From a virus (lineage: Duplodnaviria > Caudoviricetes), in IMG/VR virus record IMGVR_UViG_3300021431_000126, positions 520-64,519 of that record: a stretch of 64,000 nt of DNA; one strand, given 5' to 3'. Of this stretch, positions 28,928 to 38,433 are shown in pieces. How positions within the stretch are numbered: the stretch's first letter is position 1; every line of letters starts with the position of its first letter. The translations under genes were made by a program, and so were the position numbers. A model generated the notes under the pieces. It was not told the DNA's origin. It did no database searches and saw nothing but the letters and a program-made list of their open reading frames with translations.

Positions 28928-30139
28928 ATGATTAAAAGCATAGAACTGAAAAACATACAATCTCACGAAAATACAAAGATTGAACTTGATAAGGGAATCA
29001 ATTGTATTGTGGGAAGTAGTAACAATGGAAAATCGGCAATTTTAAGAGGGTTATATTGGGCAAGATACAATAGACCTTTGGGTGTAGATACACTTTGCTC
29101 ACACTGGGCACTCAATAAAAAGGGTGAACTGACTGATGAAATGTCAGTAACAATTGAGAATGAAAATGGAGTTGTTTGCAGGAAAAGAACAAAGGCTGAT
29201 AATCAGTACATAGTCAATGGTGAAGTTCTTAATGTTGTCAAGACAGATGTTCCTGCAGAGGTTGAGCAGATCCTTAAATTATCTGATACAAATGTTCAGA
29301 GACAACTTGATGCTCCATTCTTATTATCACAAACAAGCGGTGAGGTGGCCAAATACTTCAATCACGTTGTCCGCTTGGATATTATCGACAGAGTGCTTAC
29401 AAATGCTGAATCTTCAAGACGTAGAACAAAGGCTGATATTGAATCAACTGAAAAGATAATCAAAGAGCAGGAAAAGAAAAAGGAAAAATATGATTGGTTG
29501 GATTCTGTTGAGAAGTTATTACAGAAGTGGGACACTGTAAAAGAAAATAATGACCAATTAAGATCCCAATCTGAAAACCTGCAATCTGAATTGGAATCTT
29601 TTGAAGAAAATAAACAGAAAGTGGCTAAATATGTAAATATAGTGGCTCAAAAAGATAAATTGGAAACTATTTCAACATTGATTAAAAAGTCATCAGAAAT
29701 TGAAGATTTGTGTGGAAGTTTGGCCAATTCTTTGGAAATGTATAAACGGCATTCAGAAAAGATTGAAAAATTGAATAAGGTTATACAGCTGAAGAAGTTG
29801 ATTGAAGATGTTATGAAAGCAGATGGATCCAGTGCAGGATTGAGAATGAAAATTGCTGAATTGACTTTCAATCTTGATAAATTTAAGGCGGTGAAAATCT
29901 ATCCTGATTTTTCAGAACAGAAAAGGCTGATTGAAAAGATCGAAAAGTTGAATGAAAATAACCTGCAGGAAAAGGTGGATGAATTGAGTGAATCTATTCA
30001 AAATTACAATATTCAAAAAATGCATATTGAGGATTCAGCAAATGATATAAAATGCCTACAGGAACAATTGCCTGACGTTTGTCCAATTTGTGGTAGTCCA
30101 ATGAAAAATGGGATTTGTAAAAAAGAGGTGAAAAAATGA
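28928..30139 (+). CDS. SbcC/Rad50 N-terminal half (Walker A, coiled coil, Zn hook)
   Basis: LKNIQSH, GSSNNGKS, QRQLD Q-loop, terminal CPICG. Confidence 0.85.
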   Translation: MIKSIELKNIQSHENTKIELDKGINCIVGSSNNGKSAILRGLYWARYNRPLGVDTLCSHWALNKKGELTDEMSVTIENENGVVCRKRTKADNQYIVNGEVLNVVKTDVPAEVEQILKLSDTNVQRQLDAPFLLSQTSGEVAKYFNHVVRLDIIDRVLTNAESSRRRTKADIESTEKIIKEQEKKKEKYDWLDSVEKLLQKWDTVKENNDQLRSQSENLQSELESFEENKQKVAKYVNIVAQKDKLETISTLIKKSSEIEDLCGSLANSLEMYKRHSEKIEKLNKVIQLKKLIEDVMKADGSSAGLRMKIAELTFNLDKFKAVKIYPDFSEQKRLIEKIEKLNENNLQEKVDELSESIQNYNIQKMHIEDSANDIKCLQEQLPDVCPICGSPMKNGICKKEVKK

Positions 30140-30750
30140 TATTTTACATTTATGAAATTAAGAATCTGTTGAACAATAAAACCTATATTGGTCAACGCAA
30201 ATGTCCTGCAAATAAGATTCCTGAAACAGATTCATATATGGGCTCAGGTGATTTGATTAGAAAAGCAATTAAAAAATATGGTTTGCAGAATTTTTCAAAA
30301 TCAATTCTTGAATCAAATATTGGTTCTAAAAAAGAAGTTGATAAAAGAGAAATTTATTGGATTTCAAAATATAAAGAACAAGGTGGTGCTGAGTATAATT
30401 TATCAACTGGTGGCACAGGCGGAAATTTGGGTGAATATGTAAATAAACTGATTAAAAAATCTAAAGAAAATATTTCAGAAGAAACTAGACGAAAAATGAG
30501 TGAATCTGCTAAAAAGAAAATTTTTACAGAAGAACATAGAAGAAATATTGGAATTTCTGCTATGGGAAATAGGTCAAGAAAAGGTCAACATATTTCAGAA
30601 GAACAAAAGAAAAAACAAAGTGAAGCATTAAGAGGTAAAAATTTTACAATTGAACATAAGAAAAAAATTAGTGATGCTTTGAAAGGTCATAAAGGTTTTT
30701 TGGCTGGAAAGCATTGGAAAATTGTTGATGGAAAAAGAATTATATATTGA
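30136..30750 (+). CDS. GIY-YIG homing endonuclease with NUMOD3 repeats (no. 3)
   Basis: Same N-terminus as 22295; YNLSTGG; SEETRRKMSES. Confidence 0.88.
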   Translation: MIFYIYEIKNLLNNKTYIGQRKCPANKIPETDSYMGSGDLIRKAIKKYGLQNFSKSILESNIGSKKEVDKREIYWISKYKEQGGAEYNLSTGGTGGNLGEYVNKLIKKSKENISEETRRKMSESAKKKIFTEEHRRNIGISAMGNRSRKGQHISEEQKKKQSEALRGKNFTIEHKKKISDALKGHKGFLAGKHWKIVDGKRIIY

Positions 30751-30758
30751 GGTTTTTT

Positions 30759-31643
30759 ATGAAATATTTTAAAGGAATTATAACAGCCGATTGGCATTTG
30801 TCTCAGACAAAACCTAGAGCAAGGTGTGATGAAGATTGGATTAAAACTCAAAGTGAACTTGTTAATCAAGTTTACGAAAAGGCAGTTGAAAAAGATTGCG
30901 ACATATTTATAGTTGGTGATATTTTTCATTCCAATTCTGATGTATCTTTTGAAGTTATCAGCATTGTTCAAAATCTTGCTAAAAAATTAAAAATTAAAGG
31001 TTTGAAACTTTATATAATTTGCGGGAATCACGATTTATTATATCATTCAAGTTCAAATTTGAATAAGTCTGCGGTGGGTGTTCTTTTGCATTCTGAAAAT
31101 ATTTATCCTGTTACAAAATATTCAGAAGATGTTTCAGGTGCTAATTTTGATGAAGAAACAGCGAATAAAAGAATTGTATTCAAGCATGTTCTTGCATTTG
31201 CAGATGAATCAAAGATTCCACCTCATGTTGAAGCAATTACGGCTCAGGAATTGTTAGATGAATATGATGAGGCAAAATTTATTTTTTTGGGAGATAATCA
31301 TCATTCATTTATTTATGAAAATAAGGGCAGAAAAGTTATCAATTCAGGTTGTTTGATTCGTAGGAACAGTGATTTCAAATCATATGTTCCTATAATATAT
31401 TATGTGGATGAGGAAAATGATATTTGTGAATCATTTGAAATCATCGACAATGAGCAACTTATTGATGACAGTTATATCCTGCAGGAAAATGAACGTGAAG
31501 AGAGAATTGACAATTTTGTTCAGAAATTAAAAGACACAGAAAGTGTTTCACTTGATTTTTTAGCAAATGTTGAAAATGCCCTGCAGAGTAATAATTTGGA
31601 TTCAGAATTGAAAAAGGTTGTTGAGGAATTGTTGGAGGTATAA
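30759..31643 (+). CDS. SbcD/Mre11-like metallophosphoesterase nuclease
   Basis: ADWH, VGDIF, GNHD, GDNH, NSG. Confidence 0.9.
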   Translation: MKYFKGIITADWHLSQTKPRARCDEDWIKTQSELVNQVYEKAVEKDCDIFIVGDIFHSNSDVSFEVISIVQNLAKKLKIKGLKLYIICGNHDLLYHSSSNLNKSAVGVLLHSENIYPVTKYSEDVSGANFDEETANKRIVFKHVLAFADESKIPPHVEAITAQELLDEYDEAKFIFLGDNHHSFIYENKGRKVINSGCLIRRNSDFKSYVPIIYYVDEENDICESFEIIDNEQLIDDSYILQENEREERIDNFVQKLKDTESVSLDFLANVENALQSNNLDSELKKVVEELLEV

Positions 31644-31645
31644 AT

Positions 31646-31951
31646 GTGAATGAAGTAGACCGATATTGTAAAAGCGTCAGGAAAAAAACTGAAAGATTGT
31701 TGAAACGGTTGTTTGGTTATCCTGACTTGAAAACTGCTTTGGAAAATCAAAAATGGTTGAGATTACAACTTGATATGATGACAAAAAAGAAAGTTGAAGA
31801 TTTGTCAATCAATGATTTGAAAGGCATAAAAAATGGTTGCTACTACTATGTGAAGTATAGAACAATAAAAAGAATTACAGACATATACTTAGAATCTACA
31901 TCACTAGGTTTTCATTCAAATGAATTGGAGGAATACAAGAATGAATATTGA
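31646..31951 (+). CDS. Hypothetical protein
   Basis: In-operon ORF with GTG start. Confidence 0.5.
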   Translation: MNEVDRYCKSVRKKTERLLKRLFGYPDLKTALENQKWLRLQLDMMTKKKVEDLSINDLKGIKNGCYYYVKYRTIKRITDIYLESTSLGFHSNELEEYKNEY

Positions 31952-32204
31952 AAAGGTAAATGAAATCAAAGGCTTGATCTCAAAGTGTGAAATTGAATCC
32001 GCAAAATCTCAGGGAATTATTGAAAACATTAAGAAACAGTGGAAAGCCGATTATGGAACTGATGATGAAAAAGAGATTGAAGAAAAGTTGCAGGAAATGA
32101 ATTCAGAACTCAAAAAGAGCAATGAACGGCTTGAAACAATTTACAACAAATTGGTTGGTTCATATGATTGGGAACAACTTGAAGAGGAAATGGGGGCAGA
32201 ATAA
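31941..32204 (+). CDS. Short coiled-coil protein (possible middle piece of split Rad50)
   Basis: Heptad pattern; lies between the two SbcC halves. Confidence 0.5.
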   Translation: MNIEKVNEIKGLISKCEIESAKSQGIIENIKKQWKADYGTDDEKEIEEKLQEMNSELKKSNERLETIYNKLVGSYDWEQLEEEMGAE

Positions 32205-32539
32205 TGCTTGACTTGAATTACCTGTCCAAAATATCTTATGAGATCTCAAAGCAGAGACAGAACAATGGTGCATTTAAGGAAACAACAACGGCTTCATTGC
32301 TTAAACATACCGCAACTGAGGTTGTAGAGGCATCTGAAGCATTTGATAAATTTCAATTTGCTATAAATAGTGAATTTGCTTTGGGTGATTATTTTGATGG
32401 ATTCACTAGTGAACTTGCAGACATTATTGTTTGTGTTCTTATAATTGCAGGCAAGGAAAATGTTGACATTGAAAAGGCTGTTTTGAAATGTATGGAAAAG
32501 AACAGAAAAAGAGCAGAGGGCATTGGAGATAAATTATGA
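32204..32539 (+). CDS. MazG-like NTP pyrophosphohydrolase
   Basis: TEVVEASE...ELADIIV...KCMEKNRKR. Confidence 0.8.
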   Translation: MLDLNYLSKISYEISKQRQNNGAFKETTTASLLKHTATEVVEASEAFDKFQFAINSEFALGDYFDGFTSELADIIVCVLIIAGKENVDIEKAVLKCMEKNRKRAEGIGDKL

Positions 32540-33162
32540 TTGAAAGAGTTGAAAAAATTCGGCAGATGTTCCTGCAATCTAAAGGAATGTTAAAGCAGAT
32601 TGATTCAGATCTTACTGAGAATCAGAACAAATTGCTGGCTTTGAATAACAGAATAAAACTGTTGGAACAGGCTCAGGCATTTTTGCAGAAAATTGCTCAA
32701 GACACTCAATCACAACTTAAATTTCAAATTGAGGATATAGTCAATTTGGCACTTGAAACTTGTTTTCCAAATGAGTATATTTTTCAACTTCAGTTCACGA
32801 TTGCTAGAGGTAAGACAGACGCAGAGTTGGTATTTTTATCTCAGAAGACAAACAGACCAATTGACCCTATGAATGCAAGTGGCGGTGGCGTTGTAGATAT
32901 TACTTCATTTGCCTTGCGCATTGCTTCATATGTTTTAGAGCAGGGAACAGATAATGTAATTATCCTTGATGAGCCGATGAAATTTGTCAGTAAAGATCTG
33001 CAGGCAAGAGTTGGTGACATTTTGAAAACCTTGTCTGAAAAACTTGGATTGCAGATCCTTATGGTAACACATATCACTGAAATGATTGATATTGCGGACA
33101 AAGTTTTTGAAGTGAAAAAGAATCCTGACGGCAGAAGTGTTGTAAAAGTTAGAAAAAATTAA
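32536..33162 (+). CDS. SbcC/Rad50 C-terminal half (signature, Walker B)
   Basis: ASGGG signature, IILDEP Walker B, MVTH H-loop. Confidence 0.85.
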   Translation: MIERVEKIRQMFLQSKGMLKQIDSDLTENQNKLLALNNRIKLLEQAQAFLQKIAQDTQSQLKFQIEDIVNLALETCFPNEYIFQLQFTIARGKTDAELVFLSQKTNRPIDPMNASGGGVVDITSFALRIASYVLEQGTDNVIILDEPMKFVSKDLQARVGDILKTLSEKLGLQILMVTHITEMIDIADKVFEVKKNPDGRSVVKVRKN

Positions 33163-33260
33163 AAAATTTATAAAAAACTACTTTACTTTTTTTATAAAGT
33201 AGTTTATATTATAAGCATAGGTTGAGAAACAACCTAAATAAACACACTTTGGAGGCACAA
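33160..33260 (+). promoter_or_regulatory. Early promoter cassette copy 5
   Basis: -35 33182-33187, -10 33205-33210, hairpin aggttg-agaaa-caacct. Confidence 0.85.
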
Positions 33261-33261
33261 T

Positions 33262-34191
33262 ATGAGTGCAGGATTATTGGAATATGATTGGATGATGTCT
33301 GTTAAGGAGAGACCATGGCATGGAATTGGAACTGTTGTTGAGGATGCTCCAACAAGCGATGAAGCAATCAAGATTGCTAAGTTGGATTGGAAAATTGAAC
33401 AGGTTCCAGTTATGGCAAACGGTGTTGAGATTCCTAATTACTTTGCTAATGTTCGTTCAGATACAAATGAGGCTTTAGGTGTTGTGCGTGGCAGATACAA
33501 GGTTGTTCAGAACACTGAAGCATTTGATTTTGTAGACAACATTATTTCAAACAAAGACGTTGAATGCCGTTATGAAACAGCAGGAAGTCTTTTCAACGGC
33601 AGAAAAATCTTTTTGCTTGTAAAACTTCCAAACAAAGAACTGCTTGGCGATGATGTTGAAAATTATCTGTTCTTTACAAACAGCCATGATGGTTCATCTG
33701 CTTTGACTGCAGGAATTACAAATGTCAGAGTTGTTTGCAATAATACTCTTCAGATGGCTTTGAAAGGTGCTCAGAGAACTTGGACATGCCGTCATACTGA
33801 TTCAATTTTTGCTAAAAAGGCACAGGCTCAAGAAGCACTTGGTTTGGCTGTAACTTACGTTGATAAAATGCAGGAAACTGCTTGGGAACTTGCTAGCAAG
33901 AAAATCAATGAAGAGGCATTTTTCAGAAAGTTGTTTGAAAAGAATCCTACAAACCTTTGTGAAAAGAACAAGGAACAGGCAATTGAGCGTATGCACCTGA
34001 TATACACTCAAAAAGAGGATCTGCAGAATTTCAAAGGCACTGCTTGGGGAATGTACAATGCGGTTGCAGATTTTGTTTCAAACACAACACCGTTCAGAAA
34101 CACCGCAACATATCAGGAAAATAAAATGAACCAGTTTTGTAATGGCTATGCTATGCTGACAACGGCTCAGGACTTGTTGATGGTTGCTTAA
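33262..34191 (+). CDS. DUF932-family protein
   Basis: PWHGIG..LDW.I, YKVVQN.EAF, ETAGSLFNGRKIF, NSHDGS, RVVCNNT, GTAWG.YNAV. Confidence 0.9.
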   Translation: MSAGLLEYDWMMSVKERPWHGIGTVVEDAPTSDEAIKIAKLDWKIEQVPVMANGVEIPNYFANVRSDTNEALGVVRGRYKVVQNTEAFDFVDNIISNKDVECRYETAGSLFNGRKIFLLVKLPNKELLGDDVENYLFFTNSHDGSSALTAGITNVRVVCNNTLQMALKGAQRTWTCRHTDSIFAKKAQAQEALGLAVTYVDKMQETAWELASKKINEEAFFRKLFEKNPTNLCEKNKEQAIERMHLIYTQKEDLQNFKGTAWGMYNAVADFVSNTTPFRNTATYQENKMNQFCNGYAMLTTAQDLLMVA

Positions 34192-34271
34192 TTGCAGGAT
34201 TCTAAAAAAAGGCAGGGTTGAGATATACCCTGCTTTTTTATTCCTAGAATATAATTAAGGAGATAAAAGAC

Positions 34272-34943
34272 ATGGAACAATTAAGAGTAATTGAAATGGC
34301 AATAAAACCACCTTTTGACTTCTTTGTCACGATTCAAGGCAAAACAAACATTTATTATGAAACAAAATCTCTTTCAAAAGCCAAGCGAGTGGGTGAAGAA
34401 TTATTATTGGAAAAAGGTGAGCATTCATTTATCCATTCTGTATATTTTAGTGATGATGAAAATAGGCAAGGTTGGCTCAGCAAAAGGATTCTCAGAATTG
34501 AAGATGATTGTTCTTGGTCAAAAGATTTTTCTAATTTTGTAATACATCCTGCTTTTTTATGGAATTATGATGTCAGAAAATGGAATCCAAAAATTTATGA
34601 TAAAATAAGAACTGCATATGCTTGTAATAAATTAAAGTATGAAGATTCGTGGGAATTTACAAAAAATTATCTCAAATTGGATGAATTGAATAAAGAAGTT
34701 GAAAATAAATTATTTAAGGAAAAAGTTAAAAAATGTTGCAAAAAGGTTGAAAATAAGTTATCTGAATTTATTTCTGCAAATGATGAACTTACTGCACTGG
34801 TACAAAGTAAATATCCAAATGTAAGAGCCGAGTATGCCATATTTGATAGAATGATTATATTTTATCTTAATGACAGAATTAATGGTGATAAAGAATTCTA
34901 TTCATTTGATGAACTTGAAAAATATATGAATGAGGTAAAATAA
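34272..34943 (+). CDS. Hypothetical protein
   Basis: 223-aa ORF after a terminator. Confidence 0.7.
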   Translation: MEQLRVIEMAIKPPFDFFVTIQGKTNIYYETKSLSKAKRVGEELLLEKGEHSFIHSVYFSDDENRQGWLSKRILRIEDDCSWSKDFSNFVIHPAFLWNYDVRKWNPKIYDKIRTAYACNKLKYEDSWEFTKNYLKLDELNKEVENKLFKEKVKKCCKKVENKLSEFISANDELTALVQSKYPNVRAEYAIFDRMIIFYLNDRINGDKEFYSFDELEKYMNEVK

Positions 34944-34944
34944 A

Positions 34945-35848
34945 ATGAATTTTGAGAAAATGTTCAAAGATTATCACATTGAGTATTCTACCAAAGTGAA
35001 TAGGGGGTGGGTTTAACGTTGAGTGTCCTTATTGTACATCTGAACATCCAATGCATTTGGGGTTTAATCCTGCGGGTGGTTATTGTACTTGTTGGAATTG
35101 CGGTGGCCATGACTTGAAACGCACCTTGTCAAAGGTTTTGGCTGTTCCTTATAATGATGTAGATGAAATTATGACCCATTATGAGGGCAGAGGTGGAATG
35201 CTGATGCAACTCAATAAAAAGGTTGCCAAAGCAAAACATCTTGAACTTCCAAATGATGGATTCATACCTGCTGAAAGAAAATATCTTTTGGGCAGAAACT
35301 TCTCACCAAGATTCCTGCACGAAAAATATGGAGTGGTTGGCGGTGGAATTGCGGGCAGATGGAAGTTCAGAATTCTCATTCCAGTGTACTTAAATGGAAA
35401 ATTGGTGAGTTGGACAGGCAGAAGTATTTTGGACAAGCAGACCTTAAAAGAAAAGGAAATTCCAAGATACAAAAACCTGTCTATTGAAGAATCTGTCATA
35501 AATATTAAAGAGTGTATTTTCAATATAGACCATTGCAGGAAAAATGTTGCGGTGCTTGTAGAGGGTTCATTTGATGTTATGAGATTGGGTGACGATTTTA
35601 TGTGTAGCATGGGTACAGAACTGACTCAGAATCAAATTGGCATTCTTCATCAGCGGTTCAAAAAGATCTTTATTGCTTTTGATAATGAGCCTGAAGCACA
35701 GAAAAAAGCACGCAAATTTGGACTGCAACTTGCCTCAATTGGAGTTGAGGTTGAAGTTGTAAATATTTATGAAGATTTTAACAAAAATGATGGGGGTGAA
35801 TTATCTGATAATGAAGTGAAGATTATTCGCAAAGAACTTGGGTTGTAG
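34945..35848 (+). CDS. DnaG-like primase (Zn finger + TOPRIM) needing a +1 frameshift at 35011-35017
   Basis: Frame 0: MNFEKMFKDYHIEYSTKVNRGWV-stop; +1 frame: NVECPYC..H..CWNCG...VEGSFDV...AFDNE. Confidence 0.8.
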
Positions 35849-35898
35849 AGTATACAAAATTTATTTTTAATCCTATAATAAAAACAGAGGTAAAACAG

Positions 35899-36183
35899 AT
35901 GGATGATTTTGATGAATTATTTATGGAAATGCAGGGTGAGGAAAAGCCTGAAGAATTTCCAAATTTGCCTGCTGAGTTGCAGGGAAAAGATCTGACACCA
36001 GATGAGACAGAAAAGTTGAAAAATGACTTTCCAACTTTGCGTGATTATATCACAATCTCATTCAATCGTGAGCAGACAAAAGAACTTGCAGAACTGTTGG
36101 GTGTTCCAATGCTTGATCCAAAGAAAAAGAACACATATACATTTGATGAATTGAAAGGAATGAAGACATATGGATTATTATAG
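35899..36183 (+). CDS. Acidic hypothetical protein, first gene of the modification cluster
   Basis: Follows an AATCCTATAATAAA promoter; overlaps the radical SAM start. Confidence 0.65.
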   Translation: MDDFDELFMEMQGEEKPEEFPNLPAELQGKDLTPDETEKLKNDFPTLRDYITISFNREQTKELAELLGVPMLDPKKKNTYTFDELKGMKTYGLL

Positions 36184-37435
36184 TTCACCAAGATGGACTG
36201 CTGAAATTGCAGATTGTTCCATGCCAATGACAATGGATACATATTCAAATTGTTCTTATAAATGTCAGTATTGTTTCAGTCAGTTCCAGCGTGGAATTGG
36301 AGATGGAAAAGACGCTTATTTGGCAAATGAGGTCAAATGGGTAAATCCTGAGAAGTTCAAAAAGATCTTCACTGAGCCTGACAAGAGTCAGTTTGGTCAG
36401 TATGTAAAAGCACGCAAGGCAATGCAGTGGGGTGGACTTTCTGACCAGTTCGATGAGAATGAAAGAAAATATGGAAAAACACTTGAGTTGTTACGTTGGA
36501 TGAGAAAAAACGTGCCTGACATGCCAATTTCATTTTCAACTAAAGCAACTTGGTGGCTTGATGACCCTAGATATGTAGAGTTGTTCAAGGACAATCCGCT
36601 GTGGAATTGTAAATTTTCAATTATCACTTTGGATGAAGAAAAGGCAAGAATCATTGAGGCTGGAGTTGATTCACCAAAGAAAAGACTTGAAGCAATCGAG
36701 AAGTATGCCAAGTTGAATGCAGGCGGTGCGACATTAAGATTGCGACCGTTCATTATTGGAATTACTACACCAACATACCTTGATTTGATCCGTGAAGCAG
36801 GAAATAGAGGTGCGACAGCATTGAGCACAGAATTCTTCTGCGTTGAAAGACGTTCAAATTTGTTGAAAGAAAAATTCCACTTTTTCAATGAACTCTGCGG
36901 ATTTGATTTGTATAAGTTCTATGAAAAATATTCAGTTCAGCAGGGTTATATGCGACTGAACAGAAAAATTAAAGAGCCATTTGTCAAGAATATGAAAGAG
37001 GAATGTGAAAAAATTGGTATGAGATTCTATGTCTCAGACGCACATTTCAAAGAATGTTCCTGCAACGGCTCATGCTGTGGATTGCCTGAAACTTGGAATT
37101 ATTCAAGAGGGCAGTGGTGTCAGGCTTTAATGTTAGCAAAGAAAAATGGCAAAGTAACTTATTCAGAAGTCAAGGGTGACATTGATAAGTATTTGTCAGG
37201 ATTCCAGCGACAAAGGGCAGAGGGATTCAACAAGGGTGGAGCAAGCACAAGGGCAAAGTTCAGCGGTATGTCTATGGCTGACTATATGCGTTGGTTGTGG
37301 AATAATCCAAACAATGGACAATCACCTTATACTCTTTTTGAGGGTGTCTTGTATCCTGTGGGCAATGATGCAAATGGCGACTTGATATATGAATATCAGG
37401 AAAACAGAACATTTGTGCCGATTGAAAATAAATAG
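36170..37435 (+). CDS. Radical SAM protein (spore-photoproduct-lyase-like fold) with extra C-terminal Cys cluster
   Basis: CSYKCQYC (CxxxCxxC), STK, LRLRPFI, CSCNGSCCG. Confidence 0.88.
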   Translation: MDYYSSPRWTAEIADCSMPMTMDTYSNCSYKCQYCFSQFQRGIGDGKDAYLANEVKWVNPEKFKKIFTEPDKSQFGQYVKARKAMQWGGLSDQFDENERKYGKTLELLRWMRKNVPDMPISFSTKATWWLDDPRYVELFKDNPLWNCKFSIITLDEEKARIIEAGVDSPKKRLEAIEKYAKLNAGGATLRLRPFIIGITTPTYLDLIREAGNRGATALSTEFFCVERRSNLLKEKFHFFNELCGFDLYKFYEKYSVQQGYMRLNRKIKEPFVKNMKEECEKIGMRFYVSDAHFKECSCNGSCCGLPETWNYSRGQWCQALMLAKKNGKVTYSEVKGDIDKYLSGFQRQRAEGFNKGGASTRAKFSGMSMADYMRWLWNNPNNGQSPYTLFEGVLYPVGNDANGDLIYEYQENRTFVPIENK

Positions 37436-37489
37436 TTGAATCTATCCTGCAACTTTAATTAGTTGCAGGATTTTTTATTGAGGATTAAA

Positions 37490-38431
37490 ATGGACAGAAT
37501 CAAAGATTTTATTTTATTTCATAACAAGTCTTGTACGGCAGATTCCATTGTTTTGCCGTTGAAAAAATATTGTGAATTGAAAGGATATTCAAAAAAAGAA
37601 TTGGAGCAGGTGAACATATTTTATGCCCTGACCTATTGCACAGCCTCAACTATTATCTTAATGAATAAACTTGATGAGTTGAAAAAGAATCCTGACGACT
37701 TTTGGAAAAACAACAAAAATACACTGTTATTTCAGTCAGACAGAAAATATGTCAAGATGAATGATATGTTTGTTTCTGCGTGGCAGGATTTTGCGGAAAA
37801 GCACATATTTGAGCAATTAGATAAGCAAGATGTAATAGATGTTGAGCAGGCAATTAAGATAGTGCAGGGTGTAAAATACTTTGGCAGATTCTCAGCATTT
37901 TTATTCCTAGAATGTTATTGCTGTCTTTTTGATAAAGCCTGCAAGAATAATAAATTGGATTGGCAAAATGGAAATACAGTTACATCAGGAATGTTCAATG
38001 TCTTGGGTGAAGATGAAAAAGCGAATTTGTGGGACAAAGAACATAAATTGAAGATTGATTCTGAATTGTTTGATAAATATGCAAATGATTTTTTGGAGCA
38101 GGCTGAAATTGGAAAAGAGTTGGCGGTGCTAGAAACTAATCTTTGCGCATATAGAAAATTATTCAAAAAATCAAGATACATTGGATATTATTCAGACAGG
38201 GTGCTTGAAGAATCTCATAAAGTTTTCAACAATTATCCCGCATATAAAAGCGAGTTGGAATTGCTTTTCAAGGCAAGGGAAATGGTGATTGCCCCAGAGT
38301 TTTTGGGTGAAAAAAATGGTTGGAATGGAATCAGACCTGAATTGAAAAAATTCTATCTTCAGACTGGTAGTTGGGATTGGACAAAACAAGTTGAGATTCC
38401 TATAATAAATGCAGGATTGTTTGAGGTGTAA
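37490..38431 (+). CDS. Amino acid:DNA transferase-like (aGPT-PPlase2/ADDT, HhH-glycosylase fold)
   Basis: FQSDRKY, FGRFSAFLFLE, ETNLCAYRKLFK.SRYIGYYSDR match my recollection of the family. Confidence 0.7.
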   Translation: MDRIKDFILFHNKSCTADSIVLPLKKYCELKGYSKKELEQVNIFYALTYCTASTIILMNKLDELKKNPDDFWKNNKNTLLFQSDRKYVKMNDMFVSAWQDFAEKHIFEQLDKQDVIDVEQAIKIVQGVKYFGRFSAFLFLECYCCLFDKACKNNKLDWQNGNTVTSGMFNVLGEDEKANLWDKEHKLKIDSELFDKYANDFLEQAEIGKELAVLETNLCAYRKLFKKSRYIGYYSDRVLEESHKVFNNYPAYKSELELLFKAREMVIAPEFLGEKNGWNGIRPELKKFYLQTGSWDWTKQVEIPIINAGLFEV

Positions 38432-38433
38432 AA

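Noticed and set aside
30136-30750. Group I intron carrying the GIY-YIG gene and splicing SbcC back together
   Set aside because: The HEG abuts both neighbours with overlapping stop/start codons, leaving no room for an intron core, and the SbcC C-half lies 1.8 kb further on behind other genes.
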